Positions 1-10,943 are shown, numbered from the stretch's first letter. The stretch: DNA of 64,000 bases from Candidatus Moraniibacteriota bacterium (GCA_003483065.1 DMWY01000007.1:76962-140961); one strand, 5' to 3'. The notes: generated by a model not told the origin, from the letters alone. Made by a program: numbers and translations.

Positions 1-191
1 TATCACGCGAATCTACGACCTTAGTATCATTGTGATTGCAAAATGGACAAATCATGATTTTTATTGATAAATTTAACTTTTACCCTATATATTGTATATA
101 GTAATATCATTATACCACAAGCGAAAAATCTGCCAAGTACCAAAAAACAGCCTATTTTTGGCTGTTTTTCTTGAGGCTGTGGATAACTTTT

Positions 192-1286
192 TTATTGACT
201 ATTGCGATTCCTAAATACTGCGCATTTAATTTTTGTTGAATCACTTTTTGAAGCACAAGTCCACCTTACTAATCCTCCTTGAGTAGTAGGAAAAACAGGC
301 AAGTTTGTTCGAACAAGACCCGTAGTGTCATCAACGAGAACGCTATCGCTAGAACAAAATCCCGTGGCAACATTAAATGAACTCGCAGTAGAATCATAAT
401 ATCCTGTTATCAATCCATCAGACACTATGATTGGTTGAAGTAAAACTATTGGTCCGCACAAATTAATGGTTGGCGTCGGAAGAATTATATTTGTGCTTAT
501 TTTATTGGATGATGTATTCCCACTTGTTGCATTAGCTGGCGTATAGTATTCGCATTTTCTGTCTATTGTACAACCACTAGAGGAAGTTCCTACACTTGAC
601 CAAGCTAAATTAGCTGTTAGTCCCGTATCATCATTTGAGCACTTTACTCCATTTGCAGGAACGGAGCCAGTACAACTAATTGCAGAAGAAGGTGTTCCTG
701 AGCCAATACAGGCTACTTTACTTTTTGTAGAATAACAAGTTTCACTTTCCCGATAAAGTCTTGAATTATATTCAATACTTCCATTTGAGCAATCACAAAC
801 CTGCCTTAGTTTGCATGATGCGGCATATAAATAGGACCTGCAATAAGAATCATCATCGCCACATGTGCTAGGACATGGATCAGAAGATGGAGAAAATGAT
901 TTTTCATCATGCACTTTCATATAATAGCAACTGTCAGAGTTTTTTGAATTACGCCATCCACTAGCCTTTGTCGTACAAGATTCTGAAGTCACAGTTTGTG
1001 TTCCGCAATTACCTGTTCTTGAAACGGTTTCAATGCTACCGCAAGTATTTGAAGCATAATAATTCCAATCCAAATATTTAATCATGCCGGTTGGACAACT
1101 ATTTCCAGAGATACTGCAACTAGTGCATCCTCCGGTAGTCACAACGGTTCCTCCAACTGCTGTGCAATCAGCTTCGGTTTTGTCTCCCCCGCAAGTCAAT
1201 GGACCAGCTTTGGCAAAATTTGTCGGACTAAAAACACAAATAGCTAGTCCTATACACATAATCAAGAAAAGATTTTTATTTTTCAT
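192..1286 (-). CDS. Secreted Cys-rich surface protein
   Basis: N-terminal signal peptide, many Cys; shares the C.GSVP..G.KC...W..VGTS.S.C....CEYYT module and a CG..C..WxC..C module with 2440..5505. Confidence 0.75.
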   Translation of the reverse strand: MKNKNLFLIMCIGLAICVFSPTNFAKAGPLTCGGDKTEADCTAVGGTVVTTGGCTSCSISGNSCPTGMIKYLDWNYYASNTCGSIETVSRTGNCGTQTVTSESCTTKASGWRNSKNSDSCYYMKVHDEKSFSPSSDPCPSTCGDDDSYCRSYLYAASCKLRQVCDCSNGSIEYNSRLYRESETCYSTKSKVACIGSGTPSSAISCTGSVPANGVKCSNDDTGLTANLAWSSVGTSSSGCTIDRKCEYYTPANATSGNTSSNKISTNIILPTPTINLCGPIVLLQPIIVSDGLITGYYDSTASSFNVATGFCSSDSVLVDDTTGLVRTNLPVFPTTQGGLVRWTCASKSDSTKIKCAVFRNRNSQ

Positions 1287-1318
1287 TTTTTTTATTTTAA
1301 AAATATTTATTAACTTAA

Positions 1319-1819
1319 TTATTCTACTGTTATTTGAACTGCTTCTTTGCTAAGAGTCATATAGACAATGCCAATTTCTTGACCTTGAGAAATTTTTTCT
1401 AATTTGAAATCTTTAATTTCTTCCAAAGTATCTCCATTTTTTTTCATAAAAACAGTGCCCTTTTTCACAGCATTGCCTTTACTATCAATTTCTACTGGCC
1501 CATCTGTGCTTTTTACAGAATCAAGAATTTTATCCGGAAGAATCTTAAGCTCCAATTCTTTTCCGTCCAGCGTAGTGACATTCAAAGTTTCTTTACCGAT
1601 AGAATCTACAACAGCTCTGACACCTAATTTAATATTTTCGGTTTCTATTTTTTTCTGAATTTCTAATTGTTTTCTATCTTGCTCATTATTTTCACTAATC
1701 TTATTTTCATTAAGAACCGGAGGATTTTTGGTTTTTTTGCTTACTATAGCTAGCATTAAAATAACTGCCAGAACAATTGCTCCAATGATGATGATAATTT
1801 GGATAGTTTTGTTTTTCAT
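1319..1819 (-). CDS. Small membrane-anchored hypothetical protein (likely paralog of 5530..5955)
   Basis: N-terminal TM helix, then beta-rich domain (V..I...L.V...DG..L.L ... I.I.Y) similar to 5530..5955. Confidence 0.7.
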   Translation of the reverse strand: MKNKTIQIIIIIGAIVLAVILMLAIVSKKTKNPPVLNENKISENNEQDRKQLEIQKKIETENIKLGVRAVVDSIGKETLNVTTLDGKELELKILPDKILDSVKSTDGPVEIDSKGNAVKKGTVFMKKNGDTLEEIKDFKLEKISQGQEIGIVYMTLSKEAVQITVE

Positions 1820-2035
1820 TTATTTTTTTTACCCCGTGGAATAATTATATAATAAACTTCAGAAAATACTGGGTCGTAATTCTCTGATTTTTTTTAGTTA
1901 TTTTATAAGTCCGTATTCCATGGAGTGAATTAAAATTTACTACTTTTATTATACCACAATATCCCACAAAAAAACAGTTCCGAAAATTTGGAACTGTTTT
2001 TGGGAAGTTGTGGATAAATTTTTATTAAGCACTAG

Positions 2036-2401
2036 TTATATACCCTTTGGATTTTGCCCATATGCATTTTCTCCAAGATCACTATCAGTAAGCATTAGTA
2101 CTAAAAACCAAATAGTACCAATAATAGGAATAAAAACTAGCAGATACATCCAGCCACTTCTTCCTGTGTCATGTAATCTTCTCACTGAAACAGCCAAAGC
2201 TGGGATAATCATAGCTAACATAAACAAAATATATATAGGACCATAACCAATACCTTTTATGGTTATGCTAAAAATATTATCCAATATTATTGCTAGGATA
2301 GAAAAAATAACATTAAACAGAAAAAACATCCAGTATTCTTTTCTACTTGCTCTACCGCTAAATACTGCGTATTTTTTTAAGGCTAATAAATAATAATTCA
2401 T
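2036..2401 (-). CDS. DUF805 (YhaH/YhaI-like) inner membrane protein
   Basis: Motifs FSGRASRKEYW, AVSVRRLHDTGRSGW, N.YG.NP. Confidence 0.9.
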   Translation of the reverse strand: MNYYLLALKKYAVFSGRASRKEYWMFFLFNVIFSILAIILDNIFSITIKGIGYGPIYILFMLAMIIPALAVSVRRLHDTGRSGWMYLLVFIPIIGTIWFLVLMLTDSDLGENAYGQNPKGI

Positions 2402-2439
2402 ATTTTTTATATTTTATTACAATTATTTATATCATATAT

Positions 2440-5400
2440 CTAATACTTCAGTCCCTCATTTATTACTGCAGCTCCAGTATTCAGATCGATATTCCCAGTT
2501 TGAAGAGTATTGGCAGTGCTTCCAGCAAAATTAGCCCACCCATAAGCATTCATCATAGCATCAATTTGTGCAGAAATTTCAGCACTAAATATTAATGGAA
2601 AACCATAAACAGCAGCAACAGCAACCGCCACCTTAGTAGCAGTTGTAGCAACCGTCCTCCAAACACTGTCTCCATGTTTTATTATAGTAGCATCACAAAG
2701 TCCAGAATTTTTTTGTGTTCCAAGACAAGTCCATTTTGTACGACCCCTTTCTTCCGTTGGAAAAGGAAATTGTGATGTGTCATTATAATCAGTTATACTA
2801 ACCACTGGTTCTTCATTATAAAATTCTGGTACTCCTCGGTTGCAAAATGTTCGCCCTGTAAATTCAGATTCCCTTGCTTTTCCGTCGTAATAACTACTAG
2901 CTGTTCCACATTCTCCTTGAGTATCCTCCTTAGCTCTAGCTATATCGGTAGTAGCGTCACCTTTTCTTGTTGCTATACAAGGGATTATCGTTGATGAATC
3001 ATTTTGCCAACAACTCCATATTGCAGGATTTTTACTAGTTGGGGGATTTATAGGATACTCCTTAATAAGATAGATGACATTCTTACTAGTATCAGTATTT
3101 CTATTATCAACTTTGCAGAGACCTCCAGAAGCATTTAAGTCTTTCCATGAGGTTGGCCATTGTTCATTTATCCCCCATTCTCTGGCATATGTACCACAAA
3201 ATTGACTACTTTTAGATTGAATAATTTCATTTTTTGTTGCATCAGAAATGTTTGTATTGGTATTGGAAACATCAGGAAAGCTATTACTATTTGTATCATT
3301 TTCAGAAATAGCTGTAGAAGTATCCGTATTATTGGAAGAATTTATTAATACTGAGGGAGTATAAGAACAATTTCCACCAAAAAATAATATACCACCATTC
3401 ACTGGAGAAGCTACCTCTCCTCCAGCCTTACAATAGCAAGGCGCTGTTGCTGTTGTTGCTACTCCTGCTAGTGATATAAAGCATCCTGCAGAAGTAAGTT
3501 GTTTTTCGCAAGCAATCTTACAATCATTTCTTGAAAAATCTCCTATACTTGCACTTGATCCACTTGCCACAGAACAAGAACCGACAGATCCCTCATTGCA
3601 AACTACATTTCCCATAGTTGCAACTTCAGATTGAGGACTTCCATTACCATTCACCTCCATAGCACATTTTATTCTTTTCGTCGAGTCATTTTTATCTACA
3701 CACCACCATGAAACCTCACCACTCCCCATAGCTGGATATGCTGTTGGCAAAGCACTGCTAGGACCAACTTCTGGATTGGCTTTATCGGAGCAAAGAATTA
3801 GTCCGGCTAAAGATTTCCCTCCAAGACCACTGCCATAAACTTCTTTTTGTTTATTGCCTGATGCTGTTCCGCATAAGTCCACAAGAGAAATACCTATTTC
3901 TCCTCCAGAAACATCCGCATCAACAACAGTTCCATCACCATCATTCACCTCCTCAGTTGTTTTTTCTAAATATGCCTTGCAATCATTGACATCAATCCCG
4001 CCTCCACACTTCCAGGTTGTTTCTTTGGAATATTCATTATTTGTTGTTTCAGCCCAAGGAGTAGGACCAGGGGAAATGATAGGAACATTATCCTTGCAAA
4101 GACTTTCTCCTCCCAGTTTGTTATCCGCATATGTTGCTTCACTGCTAAAAGCCAAATCATTAGCATCACCACAATTAGTCGCGCTCTCAGCAGATTCCTT
4201 TGGCCTAACTGCGACACTATTGCTACATTCACCCGTTTTGCCAGCACTATTTGAAACATAAAATGTACAACGCCTGACTTTTATCGAGCTATCATTGTTA
4301 ATATAAGCCATCGTCGTGCTAATTGATCCAGCTGAATCTAACTTATCAGTAGTAAGAGTGTTTTTAACTGTATAATCCTTCACATAATTACAAGTAGAGC
4401 CAGTACAATCAAAATTAGAACACAACCATCCAATACTATTCGCATTTTTTGCTGTTAATTTAACCGTAAAAGAATCACCGGAAGTAATAGGCGTGTTGCC
4501 AGTACCTGTGGCAGTGCAAGAAGGCGCTGTTGGGTCTGGAGTAATAGGTGAAATAACTGGGTTGTTAGTGACTCCGGTAGTATAATATTCGCATCTAGCT
4601 GTGCTTCCACAACTTGAAACTGATGTTCCTACGTTTGTCCAACTGTTTTGCACTGTCGATGTATTCGTTTTCGAATTTGGACATTTTTCACCTCCATAAG
4701 GCACCGAACCAGAACAAGTAAAAAGATCAGTGCCTTTAGAGGTATCACCTCCCGTGCCAAAACCGCTTTCTGGGTCGGCTCCCGTAGTGGTGGCAAATAT
4801 TTTACTAACACAGCCCGACCAAACACCCTTATCATCTTGAACTTTCACTGAATATTTAGTTTCTTTTGTGACAGTGCCAGCAAAATCAACTTTTGCAGAC
4901 CAGATGTTTCCACTGTTTGTTTTAGGCACACCTTCAAAAAGACTTGTGCCAGTGCAACCATCCAAATGAACTCTCGGATCACTTCCGCAACCACTTGTGT
5001 CTTTATATATTCTAATTTTTGTAATTTTTGCACCATTTGTCGCAGTTCCTTTTCCCGTAACTGAAGTTGCCGTAGGATCTTCCATAATAGCGGTTGGCTT
5101 CACTACTGAAGCTATCGGCGTTGTTGGTGTTATTCCTAATCCAGCATCAACACATTTGCCTTTTTCGCAAATCTTGCCTCCAGTACAATTGCTCGAACTG
5201 CAGCAATCTACTGCCGTAGCACTTTCTGATCCAACTGTGCTACTAAAAACACCACTGCTTGTCCAGCAAGCAGCATCCATTGTGCAAGACGAACCATTAG
5301 TAATACTACAAATGCCCTTCAATATACCTCCTTTTACATATCCAGCTCCGCCATTATATTTATTAGATTCACTGCAATATTTGCAACTATCAGTCTGATT

Positions 5401-5505
5401 ATCGGAACATAGGTCTCCCGGAGCACAAGAAACCGCTCCAACAAAAGAAACATTCAAAAAAAATACTGAAGCAAAAATTGATAGAATAATGACCTTTTTT
5501 TTCAT
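2440..5505 (-). CDS. Large secreted Cys-rich repeat surface protein
   Basis: Signal peptide, 1021 aa, four CG..C..WxC..C modules, hydrophobic segment near the C-terminus. Confidence 0.8.
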   Translation of the reverse strand: MKKKVIILSIFASVFFLNVSFVGAVSCAPGDLCSDNQTDSCKYCSESNKYNGGAGYVKGGILKGICSITNGSSCTMDAACWTSSGVFSSTVGSESATAVDCCSSSNCTGGKICEKGKCVDAGLGITPTTPIASVVKPTAIMEDPTATSVTGKGTATNGAKITKIRIYKDTSGCGSDPRVHLDGCTGTSLFEGVPKTNSGNIWSAKVDFAGTVTKETKYSVKVQDDKGVWSGCVSKIFATTTGADPESGFGTGGDTSKGTDLFTCSGSVPYGGEKCPNSKTNTSTVQNSWTNVGTSVSSCGSTARCEYYTTGVTNNPVISPITPDPTAPSCTATGTGNTPITSGDSFTVKLTAKNANSIGWLCSNFDCTGSTCNYVKDYTVKNTLTTDKLDSAGSISTTMAYINNDSSIKVRRCTFYVSNSAGKTGECSNSVAVRPKESAESATNCGDANDLAFSSEATYADNKLGGESLCKDNVPIISPGPTPWAETTNNEYSKETTWKCGGGIDVNDCKAYLEKTTEEVNDGDGTVVDADVSGGEIGISLVDLCGTASGNKQKEVYGSGLGGKSLAGLILCSDKANPEVGPSSALPTAYPAMGSGEVSWWCVDKNDSTKRIKCAMEVNGNGSPQSEVATMGNVVCNEGSVGSCSVASGSSASIGDFSRNDCKIACEKQLTSAGCFISLAGVATTATAPCYCKAGGEVASPVNGGILFFGGNCSYTPSVLINSSNNTDTSTAISENDTNSNSFPDVSNTNTNISDATKNEIIQSKSSQFCGTYAREWGINEQWPTSWKDLNASGGLCKVDNRNTDTSKNVIYLIKEYPINPPTSKNPAIWSCWQNDSSTIIPCIATRKGDATTDIARAKEDTQGECGTASSYYDGKARESEFTGRTFCNRGVPEFYNEEPVVSITDYNDTSQFPFPTEERGRTKWTCLGTQKNSGLCDATIIKHGDSVWRTVATTATKVAVAVAAVYGFPLIFSAEISAQIDAMMNAYGWANFAGSTANTLQTGNIDLNTGAAVINEGLKY

Positions 5506-5529
5506 AGATTTATTTTTAGAATTTTTATA

Positions 5530-5955
5530 TTAAAATTTATTAACTACGATCATTATCAGTTCATCATTTTTCGCATTATATTGAATTTCCACATCCTGAT
5601 TTTTTGGCACATCCAGAAGTCCTATTGTTTCATTGACAAAAGTTCCATCTTTTTTCTTTCCTTGTTTTATAACAGAAAATTCTCCTGATTGCATATAAAG
5701 ATTTAGTTTTCTGCCATCGTTAAGACCCACTTCGATATTTTCAACATTTGCATCGATAGAAAGAATCTTGCCAACTACAGTTTGAATGTTATCCTCCTTG
5801 ACTTCTTTTCGTGCGGATACTTTAGTGGGAGTAATCACTTCTGACTGATTAGGAGTTTTGTTTTTATTGCTTCCCAACAAAACTATCGCAATAGAAATTA
5901 TAACAATCACTACAACTGCGACAATTATGGCTATTTTTATTTTTTTGTTATCCAT
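5530..5955 (-). CDS. Small membrane-anchored hypothetical protein
   Basis: N-terminal TM helix; similar to 1319..1819. Confidence 0.7.
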   Translation of the reverse strand: MDNKKIKIAIIVAVVVIVIISIAIVLLGSNKNKTPNQSEVITPTKVSARKEVKEDNIQTVVGKILSIDANVENIEVGLNDGRKLNLYMQSGEFSVIKQGKKKDGTFVNETIGLLDVPKNQDVEIQYNAKNDELIMIVVNKF

Positions 5956-6179
5956 TTTTGTTTTTTAAGTTTTATAATTTACTAATTCTATTATATACTA
6001 CTTTTTTTTATTCAACAATATGCTTCTTTTACCTGTGGATAACTTTACCCTGTTGAATAAAAAATGAGTACATTTTTTATTTTGCTAAAGCAAAATTATT
6101 CAACAGGGTAAACCCCAAAAAAAATAATCCCGAGCACTCAGGATTATTTTGTAAGAATTTTATTGAATTTTGTATGGGG

Positions 6180-7394
6180 CTATTTTCCCATCTTTCGGCG
6201 AATGAAAGCAGGAATTTCCAATTCATCATCTTCGTCTTCCAACTCTTTGTTCTTTTGCGTTTGCAAGATATTTCTTTGAGGCTTTGGTGGAATTTTTTCT
6301 TCAATTATCATTCTGGATTCAAAACTTTCTGGAAAAGTAATGCGTGGCTTTTCTTCTGAGACTGGCTCCTCTTCTTCTTTCCTAACTTTCTCAATGGTAA
6401 TGCGCGACATTTTTTCCAATGGAGATTCCTTGACTTTATCCGCATCAAAGCCAGTTGCTACTACTGTGATTTGCACTTCACCTTTTTTCATTGTTTCATC
6501 CACCACTGCTCCAAAGATAACTTTGGCATTTGGATCAATTGATTCGGTGATGATATTGGCCGCTTCGTTGATTTCTAGCATAGTAAGGTCAGTTGAACCA
6601 CTGACATTAAACAAAACTCCCTTGGCGCCATCAATAGAAAGTTCCAAGAGTGGGCTACTAATTGCCGCCTTGGCTGCTTCAGCTGCTCGATTTTCTCCAT
6701 CACCTATTCCAATTCCCATAAGAGCTGAGCCACTGTTGGACATAATCGCTTTCACGTCAGCGAAGTCAACATTGACGATTCCGGGTTTAGTAATCAAATC
6801 AGAAATTCCTTGCACGCCTTGGCGGAGAACATCATCCACAATTTTGAAAGAATTGATGAGGGTAGTTTTCTTGTCGATAATTTGCAAAAGCTTGTCATTA
6901 GGGATAGTGATAAGTGTGTCTACTCGTTCTCGCAAATTTTCCAAAGCTTCTTCAGCAATGGCTCGTCTTTGCGCACCTTCGAAACTAAATGGTTTGGTGA
7001 TAACTGCTACAGTCAAAATTCCAAGTTCTTTGGCAGTCTCCGCCACAATTGGCGCCGCGCCTGAACCAGTTCCTCCGCCCAATCCGCAAGTGACAAAAAT
7101 CATATCTGCTCCTTTCAGAACTTCTTGAATTTCATCGCGATTTTCTTCGGCCGCTTGTCGTCCTATGTCCGGATTCATTCCCGCACCCAAACCTTTGGTC
7201 AAGTTTTTTCCAATATGCACTTTTTCTGAAGCTTTGTTATGATGCAAATCTTGCGCATCAGTATTGATTGCCACAAATTCCACACCTTTCAGTTTTGCCT
7301 CAATCATTCGGCTAATTGCGTGTCCGCCAGAGCCTCCCACTCCAACTACTTTTATTCTTGCAAAAGTTTCTACGGGCGGTTTTATTTCTGCCAT
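6180..7394 (-). CDS. ftsZ: Cell division protein FtsZ
   Basis: GGGTGSG tubulin signature, NVDFADV, C-terminal LEIPAFIRR peptide. Confidence 0.99.
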   Translation of the reverse strand: MAEIKPPVETFARIKVVGVGGSGGHAISRMIEAKLKGVEFVAINTDAQDLHHNKASEKVHIGKNLTKGLGAGMNPDIGRQAAEENRDEIQEVLKGADMIFVTCGLGGGTGSGAAPIVAETAKELGILTVAVITKPFSFEGAQRRAIAEEALENLRERVDTLITIPNDKLLQIIDKKTTLINSFKIVDDVLRQGVQGISDLITKPGIVNVDFADVKAIMSNSGSALMGIGIGDGENRAAEAAKAAISSPLLELSIDGAKGVLFNVSGSTDLTMLEINEAANIITESIDPNAKVIFGAVVDETMKKGEVQITVVATGFDADKVKESPLEKMSRITIEKVRKEEEEPVSEEKPRITFPESFESRMIIEEKIPPKPQRNILQTQKNKELEDEDDELEIPAFIRRKMGK

Positions 7395-7551
7395 ATGTTT
7401 ATAAATTTAGTTATTTTATCAGTAGCTAAATATAGCACATCAAATTAGTGTGTGTCAAATAATCTATTCCCCTTGTATTTTTATTTGTTTTTCGCCTTTT
7501 ATAAGCTTGTCTGCATTATACCTGTTTCAGAAAAATGCGTCAATTATACTT

Positions 7552-8811
7552 TTACGGCAAAAACTTTTCCACCCATCTTTTGATATTCCCTGCTTTACCA
7601 CCAAGACCATTTGTGATATTACCCATAAATCGGCCAGAAGATTTTAGCATCCCGCCAGATTCATTAGCTTCAATTCCCCAGAGGACAAGACCAATAACTG
7701 TGGTGAATGATGGGTCATCAACTTTGTCTACAAGACCTCCCAGCGGAGATGGAAAACCGGTTTGCGCTGGCAGTCCCAAGACTTCTTTGGCCAAATCGAC
7801 TGCTCCGGGGAGCTTGGAAGTTCCGCCAGTGAGCACTGCTCCGGCTGGAAGCAATTTTTCTTTGCCAATTAATTTTAATTCTTTGTTGACTAAGGTGAAA
7901 ATTTCTTCTAGTCGCGCTTCAATTATCTCTGCCACATGATGACGAGAAACGATACCTTCTTCGCTAGAATCAATTTCAGCTAAATTTATATCTTCCTTTT
8001 TGCCAATTTCGCGTGGAATAGCACTGCCAAATTCAATTTTCACTCTTTCTGCCACATCAATAGAAGTGCGAAGACCAATAGCGATGTCATTAGTAATATG
8101 ATTTCCACCGACAGGAATAATCACACTGGCAATCAAATCATCCTCTTCGAAAACAGCTACTGAAGTTGTTCCGCCACCAATGTCAACAAGCACCACGCCC
8201 AATTCTTTTTGTCTTTTAGTGAGCGTTGCCTTAGCTGAAGCTAAGGGTGCCAACACAAAATTTTCCACTTCTATCTTGGCTTGATCGAAACATTTAGACA
8301 AATTTTTGATGTACGGTGTTGCGCCTTCAATGATCAAAGTATCCGCTTCTAAGCGAACTCCATTCATTCCCAGCGGATCTTTGATGTTTTTTTGATCATC
8401 CAAGGAATAATTTTTCGGAATGATATGAATTATTTCGCGATTTGGTGGAATAGAAATTGCTTGCGCCGCGCCAATGACCCTTTCAATGTCATCTTGTGTC
8501 ACTTCTCCGTCCGCTCGGCCAACTGCGATCACACCTTTGGAATATTGCGAAGAAATGTGATTGCCACCGATGCTCACAATCGCTCGATCAATTGTTATCC
8601 CAGCGGTTCTTTCCGCTTTTTCCAAAGATTCATTCACCGCTTGCAAAGTTTCTTCAATGTTGACTATGACGCCTTTTCGCACACCCAAAGAATCGGCCGT
8701 ACCCACGCCAATAATTCTGGGTTTTTCTTCCGGAGAAATTATTTGAGTGATGACTGTTCTAATACTAGAAGAGCCGACATCAATTCCACAAATTATATTC
8801 TTTCTCGACAT
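7552..8811 (-). CDS. ftsA: Cell division protein FtsA
   Basis: GIDVGSS, DIGGGTT, LTGG motifs; directly upstream of ftsZ. Confidence 0.98.
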   Translation of the reverse strand: MSRKNIICGIDVGSSSIRTVITQIISPEEKPRIIGVGTADSLGVRKGVIVNIEETLQAVNESLEKAERTAGITIDRAIVSIGGNHISSQYSKGVIAVGRADGEVTQDDIERVIGAAQAISIPPNREIIHIIPKNYSLDDQKNIKDPLGMNGVRLEADTLIIEGATPYIKNLSKCFDQAKIEVENFVLAPLASAKATLTKRQKELGVVLVDIGGGTTSVAVFEEDDLIASVIIPVGGNHITNDIAIGLRTSIDVAERVKIEFGSAIPREIGKKEDINLAEIDSSEEGIVSRHHVAEIIEARLEEIFTLVNKELKLIGKEKLLPAGAVLTGGTSKLPGAVDLAKEVLGLPAQTGFPSPLGGLVDKVDDPSFTTVIGLVLWGIEANESGGMLKSSGRFMGNITNGLGGKAGNIKRWVEKFLP

Positions 8812-8916
8812 GATAAAAAGACTAATTGATTATATTATATATTATCTTGATTATACACTTATTATACAATAAAACAAAACTAGCCGCAAAACTCCTCGGT
8901 TAGATTTATTTTTATT

Positions 8917-9273
8917 TTAAAAAATATGCGGGATAAATATCGCCAGACCGATAATGAGAGCAAGGATAGAAGTCAAAAGAACGCTGGCCGCCATCAAGTC
9001 TTTTATCAGCCTTGCATACGGATGAACTCCTGGTTTCAAAATATCGATGATTCTTTCTATAATTGTATTTAACATTTCCATAATGAGTACCGCCATAATC
9101 ATTGTAGTAATCACAATCATTTCCAGTCTAGTCACGCGATAGTAGAACATAAAACCGATGGCAATGATTGCCACTGCTAATTCATTTTGGAAGTTTTTTT
9201 CATTCCTAACTGCATATTTCAAACCGCGAAAAGCGTGACTAAAACTTTTGAAAAATTCTTTTATTCTGGTCAT
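8917..9273 (-). CDS. dgkA: Diacylglycerol/undecaprenol kinase family protein
   Basis: SF.HA..GL, E.NF, EMLNT.IE..ID, KD..AA.V; next to ybeY. Confidence 0.9.
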   Translation of the reverse strand: MTRIKEFFKSFSHAFRGLKYAVRNEKNFQNELAVAIIAIGFMFYYRVTRLEMIVITTMIMAVLIMEMLNTIIERIIDILKPGVHPYARLIKDLMAASVLLTSILALIIGLAIFIPHIF

Positions 9274-9284
9274 AGTGAAATTAA

Positions 9285-9728
9285 CTAAAAATTATTACTA
9301 ACTTCTTTTTGAATCTTAAACATTTTTTGCGAATGACGAAGACCCAACAAATGAAGCACGCCGTGAGAAATTATTTCGGCTAATTCTTGCTTGGCATTTT
9401 TCTTTTCCGCTTTGGCATATTTCACAATATAAGTATAGCACACAATTATCTCTCCGAGATATATATTTTTATCCACAGCCTCCTCTATTTCTTTCTGATT
9501 TTTATATTCGCAAAAAGAAAGTACGTCAGTAGCTGTTTTTTTCCTGCGATAAATCGCATTCATCTTGACAATTTCTCCTTCTGGAACTGTTGCAAAGCTG
9601 AGGGAAATATTTTTATTTTTTAGATATTGGAAATTTTGATGCGCTAATGTTTTTTTCGCAACGTCAAAAAGAAATGCTTTTTTGATTCCGCTTTTTTCAC
9701 TATCATTAAAATCAATTTCAATTTTCAT
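9285..9728 (-). CDS. ybeY: rRNA maturation endoribonuclease YbeY
   Basis: N..YR....TDVLSF, LGEI, HGVLHLLG..H; start taken at MKIE (ORF track starts at 9737). Confidence 0.95.
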   Translation of the reverse strand: MKIEIDFNDSEKSGIKKAFLFDVAKKTLAHQNFQYLKNKNISLSFATVPEGEIVKMNAIYRRKKTATDVLSFCEYKNQKEIEEAVDKNIYLGEIIVCYTYIVKYAKAEKKNAKQELAEIISHGVLHLLGLRHSQKMFKIQKEVSNNF

Positions 9729-9762
9729 ATGCAACACAAATTTAACTCATACCAATCTGCAT

Positions 9763-9831
9763 TGTCATACTGAACTTGTTTCAGCATCTCCTAGAATACA
9801 TATGAGATTCCGGATCAAGTCCGGAATGACA
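9763..9831. repeat. REP-like palindromic element (TGTCAT...ATGACA family)
   Basis: tgtcatactgaacttgtttcagcatctc ... gagattccggatcaagtccggaatgaca: terminal inverted repeat plus two internal hairpins. Confidence 0.75.
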
Positions 9832-9875
9832 AAATAGTAATAATAAAATTAATCCAATATAAATCCTAGCATAAA

Positions 9876-9905
9876 AAGAAGCGCCCACTCATGGGGGCGC
9901 TTCAA
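9876..9905 (-). terminator. Intrinsic terminator after yqeY
   Basis: gaagcgccc/gggcgcttc stem with U-rich tail on the minus strand. Confidence 0.7.
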
Positions 9906-9909
9906 AAAA

Positions 9910-10362
9910 TTATTTCAATTCTTCCTCGGCAATTTTTTTGACTAAATTACCATCGACTTTTCCCTTAAGAACAGTCATCGCTTTTCCCATCACCTTGCCA
10001 ATTTCCGACTTGGAAACTGCGCCAACTTCCGCGATTATTTTCAAAACTTCTGTTCTTGCTTCTTCATCACTTAGTTGCGCTGGCATATAAACAGAAAGAA
10101 TTTCTATCTCAGTATTTTCTTTTTGCGCTAAATCCTCTCGGCCACCACTAACATATTGAGTAGCGCTATCCCTTCTCTGCTTTATAGCGCGTGCAATTAC
10201 TTCTTGAATTTCTTCATCGCTCAATCCTTCTTCCCTTTTCTTTTTTTCAATTTCAGTGTTCTTGATCATTGAATCAAGCATTCGAAGTGTGTCGCGCTTG
10301 GCTGTCTCCCCCGCCTTCATAGCATTTTTTAGGTCGTCAATAATTTTTTGTTTCAATGACAT
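9910..10362 (-). CDS. yqeY: GatB/YqeY domain protein
   Basis: LK.AMKA, KQRRDS..QY..GGREDLA..E..EI..L..Y.P.QL; follows rpsU. Confidence 0.95.
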   Translation of the reverse strand: MSLKQKIIDDLKNAMKAGETAKRDTLRMLDSMIKNTEIEKKKREEGLSDEEIQEVIARAIKQRRDSATQYVSGGREDLAQKENTEIEILSVYMPAQLSDEEARTEVLKIIAEVGAVSKSEIGKVMGKAMTVLKGKVDGNLVKKIAEEELK

Positions 10363-10457
10363 ACACAGATTTACACAAATTTATACATATCCCACACCAA
10401 AACACAAATTAAATCTGTATTTTTGTGTTTAATTTGTCATAACATGTGTTAATTTGT

Positions 10458-10712
10458 TTATTTTATTAACTTCTTTTTGACATTTTTGAAAGTTGATTCG
10501 TCAAATTTTCCCATTTTTTTGAGACGACTGACAACTTTTCTGACTTTTTCCTTATATATCGCGCCAGAAATTTTTTCTCGTTTAGTTTTTTCATCTGCGC
10601 GAAAACGCGATCTTCTGGCTTTTACCAAAACACCGCTTTGCTGAACACGACGGCTAAATCTGCGAATTAGACTTTCTGATGACTCACGGTCTTTCTTTTT
10701 TACTTCAATCAT
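10458..10712 (-). CDS. rpsU: 30S ribosomal protein S21
   Basis: ES.ESLIRRF.R.VQQSG; strong SD AAAGGAGG; rpsU-yqeY synteny. Confidence 0.9.
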   Translation of the reverse strand: MIEVKKKDRESSESLIRRFSRRVQQSGVLVKARRSRFRADEKTKREKISGAIYKEKVRKVVSRLKKMGKFDESTFKNVKKKLIK

Positions 10713-10727
10713 AAGTTACCTCCTTTC

Positions 10728-10882
10728 GCCAATTTTGTCTGCGAATGAAATGAGCAGGAACAAAATTGAGCGTCCCGCACTAATTCACAGATCAAATTAA
10801 TATTTATTAAAAGCCAAGCCGCAGGCGAATTCACAATAAAGTCTTTCTATAACGATAAACTCCATCAGAATTAGTGCGGGGC
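10728..10882 (-). other. Conserved structured element, copy A (upstream of rpsU)
   Basis: gcc-aattttgt...acaaaatt-gagc, cccgcactaattc...gaattagtgcggg stem, internal aagccgcaggcga. Confidence 0.8.
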
Positions 10883-10943
10883 TAAATAATCCGCTTATTC
10901 CGTTTGAATTAATAGTTTACACTATTTTTCTAAAATGTCAAAA

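Noticed and set aside
178-6042. oriC suggested by DnaA boxes
   Set aside because: Boxes are single and kilobases apart; no dnaA/dnaN or box cluster
6340-7128. Long antisense ORFs opposite ftsZ, purE-purC, groEL and others
   Set aside because: Codon-bias shadows of well-supported genes
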